DNA of 64,000 nt, taken from positions 3,136,001-3,200,000 of the forward strand of contig OY843592.1 in assembly GCA_963692865.2 (NCBI GenBank), written 5' to 3'. The translations under genes were made by a program, and so were the position numbers. The notes under the pieces were generated by a model that saw only the letters and a program-made list of their open reading frames with translations, was not told where the DNA came from and searched no databases. The stretch is from a bacterium (GTDB lineage: Bacteria; UBA8248). This document shows, piece after piece, positions 19,280 to 28,630 of this stretch (positions are counted from its first letter, which is position 1; the number at the start of each line of letters is the position of its first letter).

Positions 19280-19990
19280 ATGGAACTGATCGACCTCTCA
19301 CAGACTGTGGCGGCGGGTGGATTCGAGCGCCCGTTCCACCCCAAGGTGGCGATTGAGCCGATGATGACGCACGAGGAGTCTTCCAAAAGATTTCTCGGGA
19401 AATTCTCCTTCGCGGCCATGAAGCTCACGCTTTCGGATCACACCGGAAGCCACGTGGACGCCCTGAACCACTACGTGCCCGGAGACGCCCCCTCCATCGA
19501 CCGGTTGCCGCTGGAGCGCTTCTATTCGAGCGCGATCTGCGTGGATTTCTCCGACGTCGCGCCCAAGACCTACATCGAAACCGAACACATCGAGCGCGAA
19601 CTGGAAAAACACGGGCTTACCATCGAGGAGGGCGACGCCTTCTTGTACCATACGGGCCATTACGAGAAGTGCTTCAAGAACCCGAATCCCGATGTATGGT
19701 GGAAGGAATTCGCGGGCCTGAGCCGGCCCGCCACCGAGTATCTCGCCGATCGCGGGGTGCGCAACATCGGCTGTGAGGCGTTCACGATAGAAAACCCCAC
19801 GCAGATGTTCCCCGAATCGGAGGAGCCCTACCCCTCGCATCAGGTGTGCAAGGAGCGGGGGATGCTTAACACGGAGAATCTGGTGATTCCCAGGCGCCTG
19901 GTGGGCAAACGCTTCACCTTCCTGTGCCTGCCCATCAAGCTGAAGGACGCCACCGGCTCGCCCGTGCGCGCCGTGGCGGTACTGGACTGA
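19280..19990 (+). CDS. Cyclase / kynurenine formamidase family hydrolase
   Basis: DHTGSHVDA, ENL, GSPVRAVA. Confidence 0.88.
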   Translation: MELIDLSQTVAAGGFERPFHPKVAIEPMMTHEESSKRFLGKFSFAAMKLTLSDHTGSHVDALNHYVPGDAPSIDRLPLERFYSSAICVDFSDVAPKTYIETEHIERELEKHGLTIEEGDAFLYHTGHYEKCFKNPNPDVWWKEFAGLSRPATEYLADRGVRNIGCEAFTIENPTQMFPESEEPYPSHQVCKERGMLNTENLVIPRRLVGKRFTFLCLPIKLKDATGSPVRAVAVLD

Positions 19991-19991
19991 T

Positions 19992-20882
19992 CTAGAGGCC
20001 GAAGCCGAAGAGAGCGTTCGCGTTGCCGAAGGCGGCTTTTTCAATCTCCGCCTCGGTGACCCCGCCCCTGCGCATGGCGCGGATCGCCCGGGGGATGCAG
20101 TAGAGGTCGTTCGACGTGTAGGGGATGAGGTCGGAGTTGAGCATCATGCGCCCCGCCCCGTGACGCCGCACACACTCCACGACGGCGGCGGGGGGAATCG
20201 GCCGAAGGCGGCTGCCGAGGCTCGTCGCGCACCATGCGCCCGTTTCTTCGTGAACGAAATCCACTATCGTCGCATCGGCGTGGTCGATTACGAGCAGTGA
20301 GTGGTCCAGACCTGCGGCGTCGATGACTTCCAGGTCCATCTTGAGGTAATGGAGCCTGAACGCTTCGGGCGAAACCGCGCCTTGCGTGTCCACGCCGCCC
20401 AGGAATTCCTTCGGGTTCTTGTAGGTGGGCGTGTGGAGAATCAGGGGCTTTTTCAGTTCCTTTGCGATGAGCGCCTGCGCTTCGAGGCACCTGGCCTGAT
20501 CTTCCAGATCCCAGGAAAAGCCGAAATACTGCCCCGGGTCCAGGCCCACCTCCCCCAGGGCGGCCACCCGATCATTCTCCAGATAGCCGGGGAGCGCGTC
20601 GATGAGCCGCTCCCAGCCGTCCACGCGCGTCATCGAGCTGACGCCCACGGCGCACATCGCGCGAATGTGGTGTTTGGCCTCGGCCGCTTCGGCCATTCTC
20701 AAGGGACTCTCCCAAAGCCTTCGCACGTCTTCGGGTCCGGGCGCGCGCTTCCATATCTCACGGTGCACGTGGGGGTTCCCGCAGGAGAGGACGGAACCCG
20801 CCATCCCGCACATGCCCTGGAGTTCCCAGTCGTCGAAGCTGAATCCATGCAGGTGGTTGTGGCAGTCGATGAACCTGTCCAT
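19992..20882 (-). CDS. TatD-family hydrolase
   Basis: IDCHNH, GEVGLD, ILHTP, IDH, LNSD. Confidence 0.8.
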   Translation of the reverse strand: MDRFIDCHNHLHGFSFDDWELQGMCGMAGSVLSCGNPHVHREIWKRAPGPEDVRRLWESPLRMAEAAEAKHHIRAMCAVGVSSMTRVDGWERLIDALPGYLENDRVAALGEVGLDPGQYFGFSWDLEDQARCLEAQALIAKELKKPLILHTPTYKNPKEFLGGVDTQGAVSPEAFRLHYLKMDLEVIDAAGLDHSLLVIDHADATIVDFVHEETGAWCATSLGSRLRPIPPAAVVECVRRHGAGRMMLNSDLIPYTSNDLYCIPRAIRAMRRGGVTEAEIEKAAFGNANALFGFGL

Positions 20883-20883
20883 T

Positions 20884-21675
20884 CTAGGCCCCTGGTTTTC
20901 TCGCCAGAAAGGCGTAGCGGTTGAGACTGAAAAAATACTCACCGCGCTCGCCCAGCGCCGTCAAATCCTCCGCCCAGGCCTTTGCCTCTTCGCTCGCCAC
21001 GCCGCCCTTGCGGATGACGAAGGGCACGATGACGCTCACCATGCCGTGGCTGTAATTCTCCGCAGGATACTCCGTATTGAGAAGAGGCAAAACCCTTGAG
21101 TCTGTAATCTCGAAGCCGACGCCGCGCAGGAGCGGCGACAACCTCCTCGGTAGATGGGGGTCGGCCAGATGCGCGTCCCACGCCCTGAAAATCCGCTCCG
21201 CCCGCTCGGCGTCCTGCGCCCTCCACACGAGCGAACCCCAGTCGGTGTCCATGATGAGGGCGCGGCCGCCGGGCCGCAGCACGCGGAAAAGCTCCGCCAG
21301 GGCGGCCTCCATGTCGGTGACGTATTCATACACCTGGGAGACGATGGCCGCATCGAAACCACCGTCCTCAAATGGCAGGCTCAGCGCGTCGGCCTCGCGG
21401 AACGACACTTGCGGCTGCGAGGCGCAGCGATCCTTGGCGAGTTCAAGCATCGGCGCGCTCTTGTCCACGCCGAAAACGGCGCCTCCCTCCCCCACCATAA
21501 GACCTGCTTCCAACGCCATGAAGCCGGGACCGGAACCCAGATCGAGCACGCGCTCGCCCGGCCGGGGAGACACCATCTCCATTAAAATCTCTCTCTGCGC
21601 GGCCACGTCCGCCGTCGTGTAGACGGCCTCAACGCGCCGGGCCGCTTTTTCATCGAAACCGGGAGGCTGGCCCAT
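20884..21675 (-). CDS. Class I SAM-dependent methyltransferase (UbiE-like)
   Basis: PGERVLDLGSGPG, LPFEDGGFD, RVLRPGG, DTDW. Confidence 0.88.
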   Translation of the reverse strand: MGQPPGFDEKAARRVEAVYTTADVAAQREILMEMVSPRPGERVLDLGSGPGFMALEAGLMVGEGGAVFGVDKSAPMLELAKDRCASQPQVSFREADALSLPFEDGGFDAAIVSQVYEYVTDMEAALAELFRVLRPGGRALIMDTDWGSLVWRAQDAERAERIFRAWDAHLADPHLPRRLSPLLRGVGFEITDSRVLPLLNTEYPAENYSHGMVSVIVPFVIRKGGVASEEAKAWAEDLTALGERGEYFFSLNRYAFLARKPGA

Positions 21676-21780
21676 GCGTCGTTCTCTCCTCCTCGCATTG
21701 CCTTTTCCGTTGAAACCGATTCAATTCAGTTTGTTCTTAGCATAAAAGCGGACGGGATGTCCGGTGCAGGGGACGCATGT

Positions 21781-22365
21781 GGGGTTTTTGAAAAAGTCAT
21801 CCTCGGTCGAAATTCGCCTCTCCCGCATCCCGAATAGGCCCTGTAAACCACGCCGCAACTCCACCCTCATCCTGAGCAGGCGCGCAAGCGCCGTATCGAA
21901 GGATGGGAGGCGCTTCTCCCTCCGAAGCAAGAACTTCGCCCTTCGATACGCCGCCTTCGGCGGCTACTCAGGGTGAGGAAGGTGGGGGGAACGGGGGAGC
22001 TTACCCCGAGCGAAGTCGAGGGAGCCTGTCCGGCTACGCAAAACGCGATGGGGTTGTAGGGGCGGACCTGTGTGTCCGCCCGCTCGCGAAACAGGCTTTT
22101 TCAACAGCTCCTCTTCGGTCGAGTTTGCCCCCCACGCATCGGCTTCCGCCCGTAGGGACAGGCCCCGTGCCTATCCGACATCCACGCCGGCCTGTCGACC
22201 TTGTAGGGGCCGTTCGCGAACGGCCCCTGCGGTCTATTCGGGGTGCAGGGGAAAACCTGCGTGTTCTCTCACGCGGAGGAGGCCGACGTGAAATCGGGCG
22301 GCCACGGGGGCAGCCCCTACGATGGAATCCCGATCGACCCGCAAGGGTTTTTTTTCAACAACCCC
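21781..22365. mobile_element. Cargo-free modular MITE with REP-like hairpins
   Basis: GGGGTTTTTGAAAAA / TTTTTCAACAACCCC ends; ATGT on both flanks; internal end at ~22097-22111; several GTAGGG hairpins. Confidence 0.7.
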
Positions 22366-22480
22366 ATGTATGCGTTCCTCTGTTTTCGTACGCGGCGTTC
22401 GGACGGAAAATCCCCCGTCGGCGAGACCTCACGACCCAGGAGAGCGCCCTCGTCTTTTCGCGCGCATAAACCACCCGCCA

Positions 22481-22510
22481 TTGACGCGCGTTTTCCCCAG
22501 AACCTATAAG
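22481..22510 (+). promoter_or_regulatory. Possible sigma70 promoter for the MFS pair
   Basis: TTGACG-18 nt-TATAAG upstream of 22557. Confidence 0.35.
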
Positions 22511-22556
22511 CCTAAGCAAAGGTGTATCCCGCGTTCCCGTCATCTATGGAATCTCC

Positions 22557-23753
22557 ATGGCCCCATCGAAGATATTCAACCTTTTCGCGATTGCGGGCAG
22601 CCACGCCGTCAACGCCTTCTACACCCAGCTTCTCATCCCCGTGCTCCCGCTCATCGTCGCGGAATTCGAACTCAACTACGTCCAAGCCGGCCTCATCGTC
22701 ACGACCTATTCGGTGGCGAACAGCGTATTCCAGTTCCCTCTCTCCTTCATATCGGATTACACGCGGCGCTGGCGGACGGTTCTCGCCCTCTCCCTGCTCA
22801 CCCAGGCGCTGCCCGTTCTGCTCTACGGCTACGCGGCGAACTACTCCCTTCTGCTGCTGTTCGTCTTCATCGGCGGCATCGGAAGCGCGGCCTATCATCC
22901 GCCTGCCGTGGCGCTCATCACGCGCGAACTGCCCGAACGGCGCGGGTTCTGCACGGGCCTGTTCAACGGCGGCGGCGAAATGGGGAACATCATCTCGCCC
23001 GCCATCGTGGGTTGGCTCGCCGTCTATCTGGCGAGTTGGCGACTTGCGGCGCAGTTCTACGTCATACCCGGCGTCATATGGGCCGCGCTCATCTGGTTCC
23101 GCTTTCAGGATCAACTGGGAGAGCGCCTCCCCTTGCGCCAGGCGGCGAGGTCCACTTTCGGCGCGTTGTTCCACAACAAGTCTTTGATGCTGCTGATCGC
23201 CCTCTCCTCTTTCAGGATCATGGGCTTTCGCGGTTTCATGGCCTTTTTGCCGCTCCTTCTGGCGGAGCAATTCGGTTTCGACACCAAAGGGGTGGGCTGG
23301 CTGCTCAGCATCTATTTTCTCATCGGTTCGACCACGTCCATCATCATCGGCAGGTGGTCGGACTACGCGGGCAGGACCAAGCTCATCGTCGTGCTCACCT
23401 TCATGTGCGCCGCCGCCATGGCTTCTCTTACCTGGGTCGCCAGCGTGACGACGCTCTTGCTCGCGCTTTTCGCCGTCGCCTGCATCCTCACGCCGGTGCC
23501 GAGCCTCGTCCTGGCAATCGGTACGGAACTCGTGGACGAGCGGGTGCGCTCGAGTTCGGTGGGAATGATCTACGGCTTCAACGAGGCCGCAAGCGCGCTT
23601 TCGCCGCTCGTCGGCGGCCTCGTGGCTGAAGCGATGGGGCTTCAAGCGGCGTTCAGCTTCTACGCCTCGATGTTCTTGATCGGCGGCTGCATCGCCGTCT
23701 TCCTGCACAGGGAAAGCGCCCTTCAGCCCCAGGCGCAGGGGAGCAAGACATGA
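22557..23753 (+). CDS. MFS transporter (Fsr-like)
   Basis: About 12 TM segments; GSAAYHPP, GRWSDYAGR. Confidence 0.88.
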   Translation: MAPSKIFNLFAIAGSHAVNAFYTQLLIPVLPLIVAEFELNYVQAGLIVTTYSVANSVFQFPLSFISDYTRRWRTVLALSLLTQALPVLLYGYAANYSLLLLFVFIGGIGSAAYHPPAVALITRELPERRGFCTGLFNGGGEMGNIISPAIVGWLAVYLASWRLAAQFYVIPGVIWAALIWFRFQDQLGERLPLRQAARSTFGALFHNKSLMLLIALSSFRIMGFRGFMAFLPLLLAEQFGFDTKGVGWLLSIYFLIGSTTSIIIGRWSDYAGRTKLIVVLTFMCAAAMASLTWVASVTTLLLALFAVACILTPVPSLVLAIGTELVDERVRSSSVGMIYGFNEAASALSPLVGGLVAEAMGLQAAFSFYASMFLIGGCIAVFLHRESALQPQAQGSKT

Positions 23754-24952
23754 GCCGGGCGGAAGAAATCGAAACGGGGGTGGCTGCACAAGATCCGGCG
23801 CAGGATATCCCCTGGGGGGCGCTCGCCATCCTGTTCACCGCCCACTTCGTGGTGGACGGCACGGTGAATTTCATCGCGCCGCTCCTGCCCCTGATTCGCG
23901 AGCAATTCCAGGTTTCCCTCTCAACGGGCGGCCTGCTCCTCACCTTCGTCTCGATGAGCGCGGCGATCTCCCAACCCGTGACGGCGATTCTGGTGGATCG
24001 CTGGCCGGGCCTCCCCTGGCTCGCCGCGGGGATGGTGGGCAGCGCGCTCTTCATCACCTCCATCGGCTGGGCGCCCAACTTCACGACGCTCACGATCATG
24101 GTCGCGGTCGGCGGCGCGATGGTCGGCTTGTGCCATCCGGACATGGCGTCGCGCGCGGGCGCGCTCTCCGAACGACGCAAGGGGCTGGTGGTGAGCGTCT
24201 TCATCGCCGGAGGACGCGTGGGCCACGGCCTGGGGCCCGTCATCGCCATCGGCATCGTCTCGCTCGGGGGCATGAAATGGCTGTGGGCGTTCACTCTCGT
24301 CGCCGTCGCTATGGCCCTGGCTGTCAAATATGGTCTCCCTGAACCCGAATCGCCCCCCACGAGCGGCGAGAATAAGGCTTCCATCTGGGATTTCGTAACA
24401 GCGCTGCGCCAAGCGGGCGCGCCGCTGCTTCTGCTCTCGGGCGTCACGATTTGCCGCGCCGTCGTGAACATCAACTTCATCAGCCTGATTCCCTCGCTAT
24501 ACGCCGAACACGGCATGGGCATCTGGAGCGGTGGGGCGGCCAGCGCCATCATGCTGACCTCGGGCGCAGTGGGCGTCCTGGCGGGCGGGGCCTTGGGAGA
24601 TCGCTTCGGGAAAAAGGAGCTTATCGTCGGCGGCATCGGACTGGGCGCCCTGTGCGTATGCGCTTTTCTGGTAGCGCCGCCCGAGTGGGGCTTCGTATTG
24701 CTGGCCTTCCTGGGCGTCGCCACCTACCTGCCGATGGGGGTGACGATGGCCTTCGCCCAGCAGTTGATGCCCCACAACCGGGGGCTGGCAAGCTCCATCA
24801 CGCTCGGCCTCTCGTGGTTCATCGCGAGCTTTTCGGTCTATCCGATGTCGGTTCTCGGCGAGTGGTTCGGCCTGGCGAACGCCTTCTGGGCGCTGCCGGG
24901 ATTTTTCGTCGCCGCGTGCGCCTTCGCGTGCTTCCTGCCGAAAGTCCGTTGA
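23750..24952 (+). CDS. MFS transporter (Fsr-like)
   Basis: About 12 TM segments; AHFVVD, GALGDRFGKK; ATGA overlap with previous gene. Confidence 0.88.
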   Translation: MSRAEEIETGVAAQDPAQDIPWGALAILFTAHFVVDGTVNFIAPLLPLIREQFQVSLSTGGLLLTFVSMSAAISQPVTAILVDRWPGLPWLAAGMVGSALFITSIGWAPNFTTLTIMVAVGGAMVGLCHPDMASRAGALSERRKGLVVSVFIAGGRVGHGLGPVIAIGIVSLGGMKWLWAFTLVAVAMALAVKYGLPEPESPPTSGENKASIWDFVTALRQAGAPLLLLSGVTICRAVVNINFISLIPSLYAEHGMGIWSGGAASAIMLTSGAVGVLAGGALGDRFGKKELIVGGIGLGALCVCAFLVAPPEWGFVLLAFLGVATYLPMGVTMAFAQQLMPHNRGLASSITLGLSWFIASFSVYPMSVLGEWFGLANAFWALPGFFVAACAFACFLPKVR

Positions 24953-24965
24953 TTCGCGCCAGCAC

Positions 24966-25004
24966 AAAAAAAGACGGCCCCGAAGAGCCGCCCTTTTTTC
25001 TTTT
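24966..25004. terminator. Bidirectional intrinsic terminator
   Basis: A7-GACGGC...GCCGCC-T-rich between convergent genes. Confidence 0.65.
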
Positions 25005-25012
25005 CGTTTCGC

Positions 25013-25651
25013 TCACGCAGTAACGGCCTGCTCGGCGAGCAATTCATCGAGCACCCGGTCGACCCTGGGCTGCTCCGTCCAACTCGCCTTGTAGGCGATG
25101 TTCCCCTCCTTGTCGATGACGAAGACCATGTTCGGCATGCGCCCGTAGGCGTTCACCACCGCCTCGTCGATGTCGTCCACCAGTACGGGTATCTTCATGC
25201 CGAATTCCGCCACCAGTTCCTTCGCATAGCCCATCTTGTGCTCGAAAGAGGTGTGCTGGGTATACTTTTTGAAGTACTTGCGCTCCTGCGCGTGGGGTTC
25301 CTTGGAGTAGACGACGAAGAACTCAACGTCCTTCTCCTTGTAGCGCTCATACAACTCGTCCATGCCCGGCACCTGCCGGCGGAAGGGGGGTCACGTGATG
25401 GCGCCGAACTCGAGAACCACGTTCTTCTTCCCGCGAAAATCGGCCAAGTCCACGGTTTCGCCCGAAGTGCTCTGGAGCTTCACCGGAGGGGCGGGCCGGC
25501 CGGGCCTTAACTGTTCCTCGAAAGCCTTGTGGCGGACTTTTCTGAACCCGCTGAGCTCACGCTTGATCATCAGAAACGGGTCCAGATACCACATGCTCCA
25601 CAAGCCCCCCAGGGGGCCGGGCGGCCTGTCGATATAATCTTCTTTCTGCAT
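25013..25651 (-). CDS. Deiodinase/peroxiredoxin-like selenoprotein (UGA=Sec at 25391-25393)
   Basis: ORFs 25391-25651 and 25013-25372 share one frame: VVLEFGAIT-UGA-PPFRRQVPGMDELY...VYSKEPH...AYGRMPN; downstream hairpin. Confidence 0.85.
25366..25379 (-). promoter_or_regulatory. Candidate bacterial SECIS
   Basis: CCGGC-AGGU-GCCGG hairpin starting 11 nt after the UGA. Confidence 0.65.
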
Positions 25652-25768
25652 CTATCAATCTCCTATAATGATGAATGGCGAATATGGAAAACTAGTTCAT
25701 TTTCTAAGTTTTGTCGATTCTGGGTAGGAGAAACCGTCTCTCTCGCACGGGAGCATCGCGAGTCAGGC

Positions 25769-26536
25769 TTAAGCCTCGCGCCTTTCAAACGCGCTCCAGT
25801 AGACGTCCATCACTCGCTTGAAGCCTACGCTTTCGAACACGCGCTCGGACGCCTCGTTTCCCTCCACGATGTAGCAATACGCCTCGCGTCCCCTGGCGAA
25901 TTGCGCCTCGACCAGGGCGGACACGACCACGCGCGCGAGCCCCTGGCCCCGGAAGCGATCCGTCGTGTGCAGCATGCCGATGGAGCCGTTCGCATGAACC
26001 ACCATGTAGGAGGCGAGGTCTCCGCCGACCCGTATCGCCGCGGTGGGCGCGTTTCGGATTCTCGCCAGGGCGTATTCCTCCCCCTGGTCGTAGGGTGAAT
26101 TCTCGGCCAGCGTCTTCGCATCCTCGGTAGTCAGGCTTTCAATCCGGTGCGTGCTGAAGACGGGCCTGAAATCTTTTTTCTCGAGAATGAACATGCCCAC
26201 GGGGGATGCGCGGATGAGTTTTCTTCGCCTTTCGAGCGCCTTTTGCGCCTCTTGCGAGACGGAGGAGAACTTGAGATAGCCCTCACTCTCCTCCATCTGC
26301 GCGGAGAGCCGCTCCATCCCTTCCAGTTTTGCGAGTATCGCCTCGGGCCGCCCCAGCGGCGCGAGCCAGCCGCGCCCGGTGTTCACAACCATCCGGGGCG
26401 CAGTGAGATTATCGACCCAGAGAGGGACGTCCCCTCCTCCCTCCGCGATGGTTTCCGTAAAGCGCACCTTGAGCGGCCCCTGCGCGCGCAGGAATTTCTG
26501 GAAAGATTCGCTTTGCGGGTTCTCCAACCGAAACAA
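25769..26536 (-). CDS. GNAT N-acetyltransferase (FR47-like C-terminus)
   Basis: LHTTDRFRGQGLA, NEASERVFESVGF; start uncertain. Confidence 0.8.
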   Translation of the reverse strand: MFRLENPQSESFQKFLRAQGPLKVRFTETIAEGGGDVPLWVDNLTAPRMVVNTGRGWLAPLGRPEAILAKLEGMERLSAQMEESEGYLKFSSVSQEAQKALERRRKLIRASPVGMFILEKKDFRPVFSTHRIESLTTEDAKTLAENSPYDQGEEYALARIRNAPTAAIRVGGDLASYMVVHANGSIGMLHTTDRFRGQGLARVVVSALVEAQFARGREAYCYIVEGNEASERVFESVGFKRVMDVYWSAFERREA

Positions 26537-26654
26537 TTTCCGCTACACTCCCATGCCGATAACGAATACCGCCTCTCTGGAGGTGTGATTATACCCACTG
26601 ACCCCCACGAATGAAGAGGCGGCGCGCAAAAATCAAACCACGACAGGAGTGAAA

Positions 26655-27728
26655 ATGAAGGAATACCGGATCATCACCATCCCGGGAGACGGAATCGGCC
26701 CCGAACTCATGGAATCCACAATCGCCGTGCTCGAAGCCGTTCAGGAGGTGGGCGGGGCCTTGAAACTCAACTTAGAAGAACACGAAGCGGGAGCGGGCCG
26801 CTACGCCAAGTACGGAAAACGCATCAGCGATGAAACCCTGCAAGCCTGCCACGAGGCGGACGGCATCCTCAAGTCGCCCGTGGGCGACCCGGCCGTGCGC
26901 ACGCCGGAGGGCACGGAGGGCGGGCTTCTGGGCGGCGTGCTCAGAACGAGCCTCGACGTCTTCGCCAACATGCGGCCGGTCAGGCTCTATCCCGGCATCC
27001 GGAGTCCGCTGGCGGGTTATGCGCCCGGCGGCATCGACTACGTCGTAATTCGCGAGAACACCGAGGGCCTCTACGCCTCGCGCGACAAGGGGGTCGGCGG
27101 CCCCGAAGCCGTGGCCGACACCCTGATCATCACCCGAAAAGGGACGGAGCGCGTGGCGAGGTTCGCCTTCGAACTCGCGCGCAAAAGAAACGGCGCGCCC
27201 GAGGACGGCGTGCGGCGCGTCACTTGCGTGGACAAGGGCAACGTCCTGCGATCCCTGGCGTTTTTCCGCGAGATATTCTACGAAGTCGCCGCCGATTATC
27301 CCGACATCGAGGCGGAAGCCCTGTACTCGGACGCCTGCGCCTACAATCTGGTGATTCGCCCGGAGCACTACGACGTGCTGGTGATGGAGAACATGCTGGG
27401 AGATATGCTGAGCGATTTGGGCGGCGCCACGGCGGGCGGCCTCGGCATGTGTCCCTCGGGGAACATCGGGGAGAAGTTCGCCTTTTTCGAGGCGGTCCAC
27501 GGCTCGGCCCCCGACATCGCCGGAAAGGGTATCGCCAACCCGCTGAGCCTCATCCTCTCCGCCGCGCTCATGTTCGCCCACATCGGGGAGAACGAGGCCG
27601 CAAACCTGATAGAAACCAGCGTTTGGGAAGCGCTCGAGGCCGGGGAAATTCACCTGGACGACAAGGGACGCTCGGTTGACGGCAGCCGGGCCATCACAGA
27701 GGCGGTTTGCGCCCGCGTGCGGGGATGA
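26655..27728 (+). CDS. Isocitrate/isopropylmalate dehydrogenase family
   Basis: PGDGIGPE, RENTEGLY, ENMLGDMLSD, FEAVHGSAPDIAGKGIANP. Confidence 0.92.
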   Translation: MKEYRIITIPGDGIGPELMESTIAVLEAVQEVGGALKLNLEEHEAGAGRYAKYGKRISDETLQACHEADGILKSPVGDPAVRTPEGTEGGLLGGVLRTSLDVFANMRPVRLYPGIRSPLAGYAPGGIDYVVIRENTEGLYASRDKGVGGPEAVADTLIITRKGTERVARFAFELARKRNGAPEDGVRRVTCVDKGNVLRSLAFFREIFYEVAADYPDIEAEALYSDACAYNLVIRPEHYDVLVMENMLGDMLSDLGGATAGGLGMCPSGNIGEKFAFFEAVHGSAPDIAGKGIANPLSLILSAALMFAHIGENEAANLIETSVWEALEAGEIHLDDKGRSVDGSRAITEAVCARVRG

Positions 27729-27729
27729 T

Positions 27730-28449
27730 TCAGGAAAATCGCTCGCGCAGGAGCGTCCACACGGCGATGAAGCCGTCCCGCCACGTTATCTTCTTGCCCT
27801 CCGCGTAGGTGCGGCCGTAGTAGGATATCGGCACCTCGTAGATGCGCCATTTGCCGGGTTTCAGGATTTTCGCGGTGAACTCCGGCTCGAAATCGAACCC
27901 CCTGGCGCGGATTTTCATGTCCTTCACCACCTCGCGGCGGAACATCTTGTAGCAGGTTTCCATGTCGGTGAGCGTGCAGTTGAACAGCAGGTTCGCCAGG
28001 GTGGTCAGCATCCAATTTCCCACCTTGTGCCAGAACATGTGCACGCGCTGGGGCTTTCCGCCGAAGCGCGTGCCGTAGACAACGTCGGCGGCCCCCCGGC
28101 GAATGGGGTCGTAGAGTTCGGCGTATTCGGCGGGGTCGTATTCCAGGTCCGCATCCTGCACGACGATCACGTCTCCGTTCGCCGATGCGAAGCCGTCGCA
28201 CAGGGCGGCTCCTTTCCCCTCGTTTTTCTCACGGTAGATGACGCGCGCTCCGTTTTGTTCGATCTCGGCCAGGATGTCGCGGGTGCCGTCCGTGCTGCCG
28301 TCGTCCACAATGATGATCTCGATGTTCATCGACAACGCCTGGACTCTGGCGACGATTTCGCGAATCGTGTCCCGTTCGTTGTAGCAAGGCATGACCACGC
28401 TCAATAAATCCGGCATCCGGCCGTCATCGTTCACCGCAGTTCTCTCCAT
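27730..28449 (-). CDS. Glycosyltransferase family 2 (DPM1-like)
   Basis: PCYNE, VDDGSTDGT, QDADLEYDP, TDMETCYK. Confidence 0.92.
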   Translation of the reverse strand: MERTAVNDDGRMPDLLSVVMPCYNERDTIREIVARVQALSMNIEIIIVDDGSTDGTRDILAEIEQNGARVIYREKNEGKGAALCDGFASANGDVIVVQDADLEYDPAEYAELYDPIRRGAADVVYGTRFGGKPQRVHMFWHKVGNWMLTTLANLLFNCTLTDMETCYKMFRREVVKDMKIRARGFDFEPEFTAKILKPGKWRIYEVPISYYGRTYAEGKKITWRDGFIAVWTLLRERFS

Positions 28450-28630
28450 CCGAGTGTCGGGCGCCTCATTCGCTAAAGAGGGCGTCGCGCCGAAGCCTAC
28501 ATGCTCCCCCCTGCATGGTCAATTTATTTCAAGGGCCGAGGCTCTCCGGCTTGGCAAGCGCCGCCCCCACGTGAGAGTATTGCCGCGCTCGAGATTTCAT
28601 CGAAAACGACAACAGCTTCGGGATTGTGAA

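Noticed and set aside
21781-22365. CRISPR array
   Set aside because: The hairpins differ in sequence and spacing, there is no constant repeat-spacer period, and no cas genes are present.
21721-22543. ORFs within the repeat region (e.g. 21903-22469)
   Set aside because: They are translations of palindromic repeats with no protein motifs.
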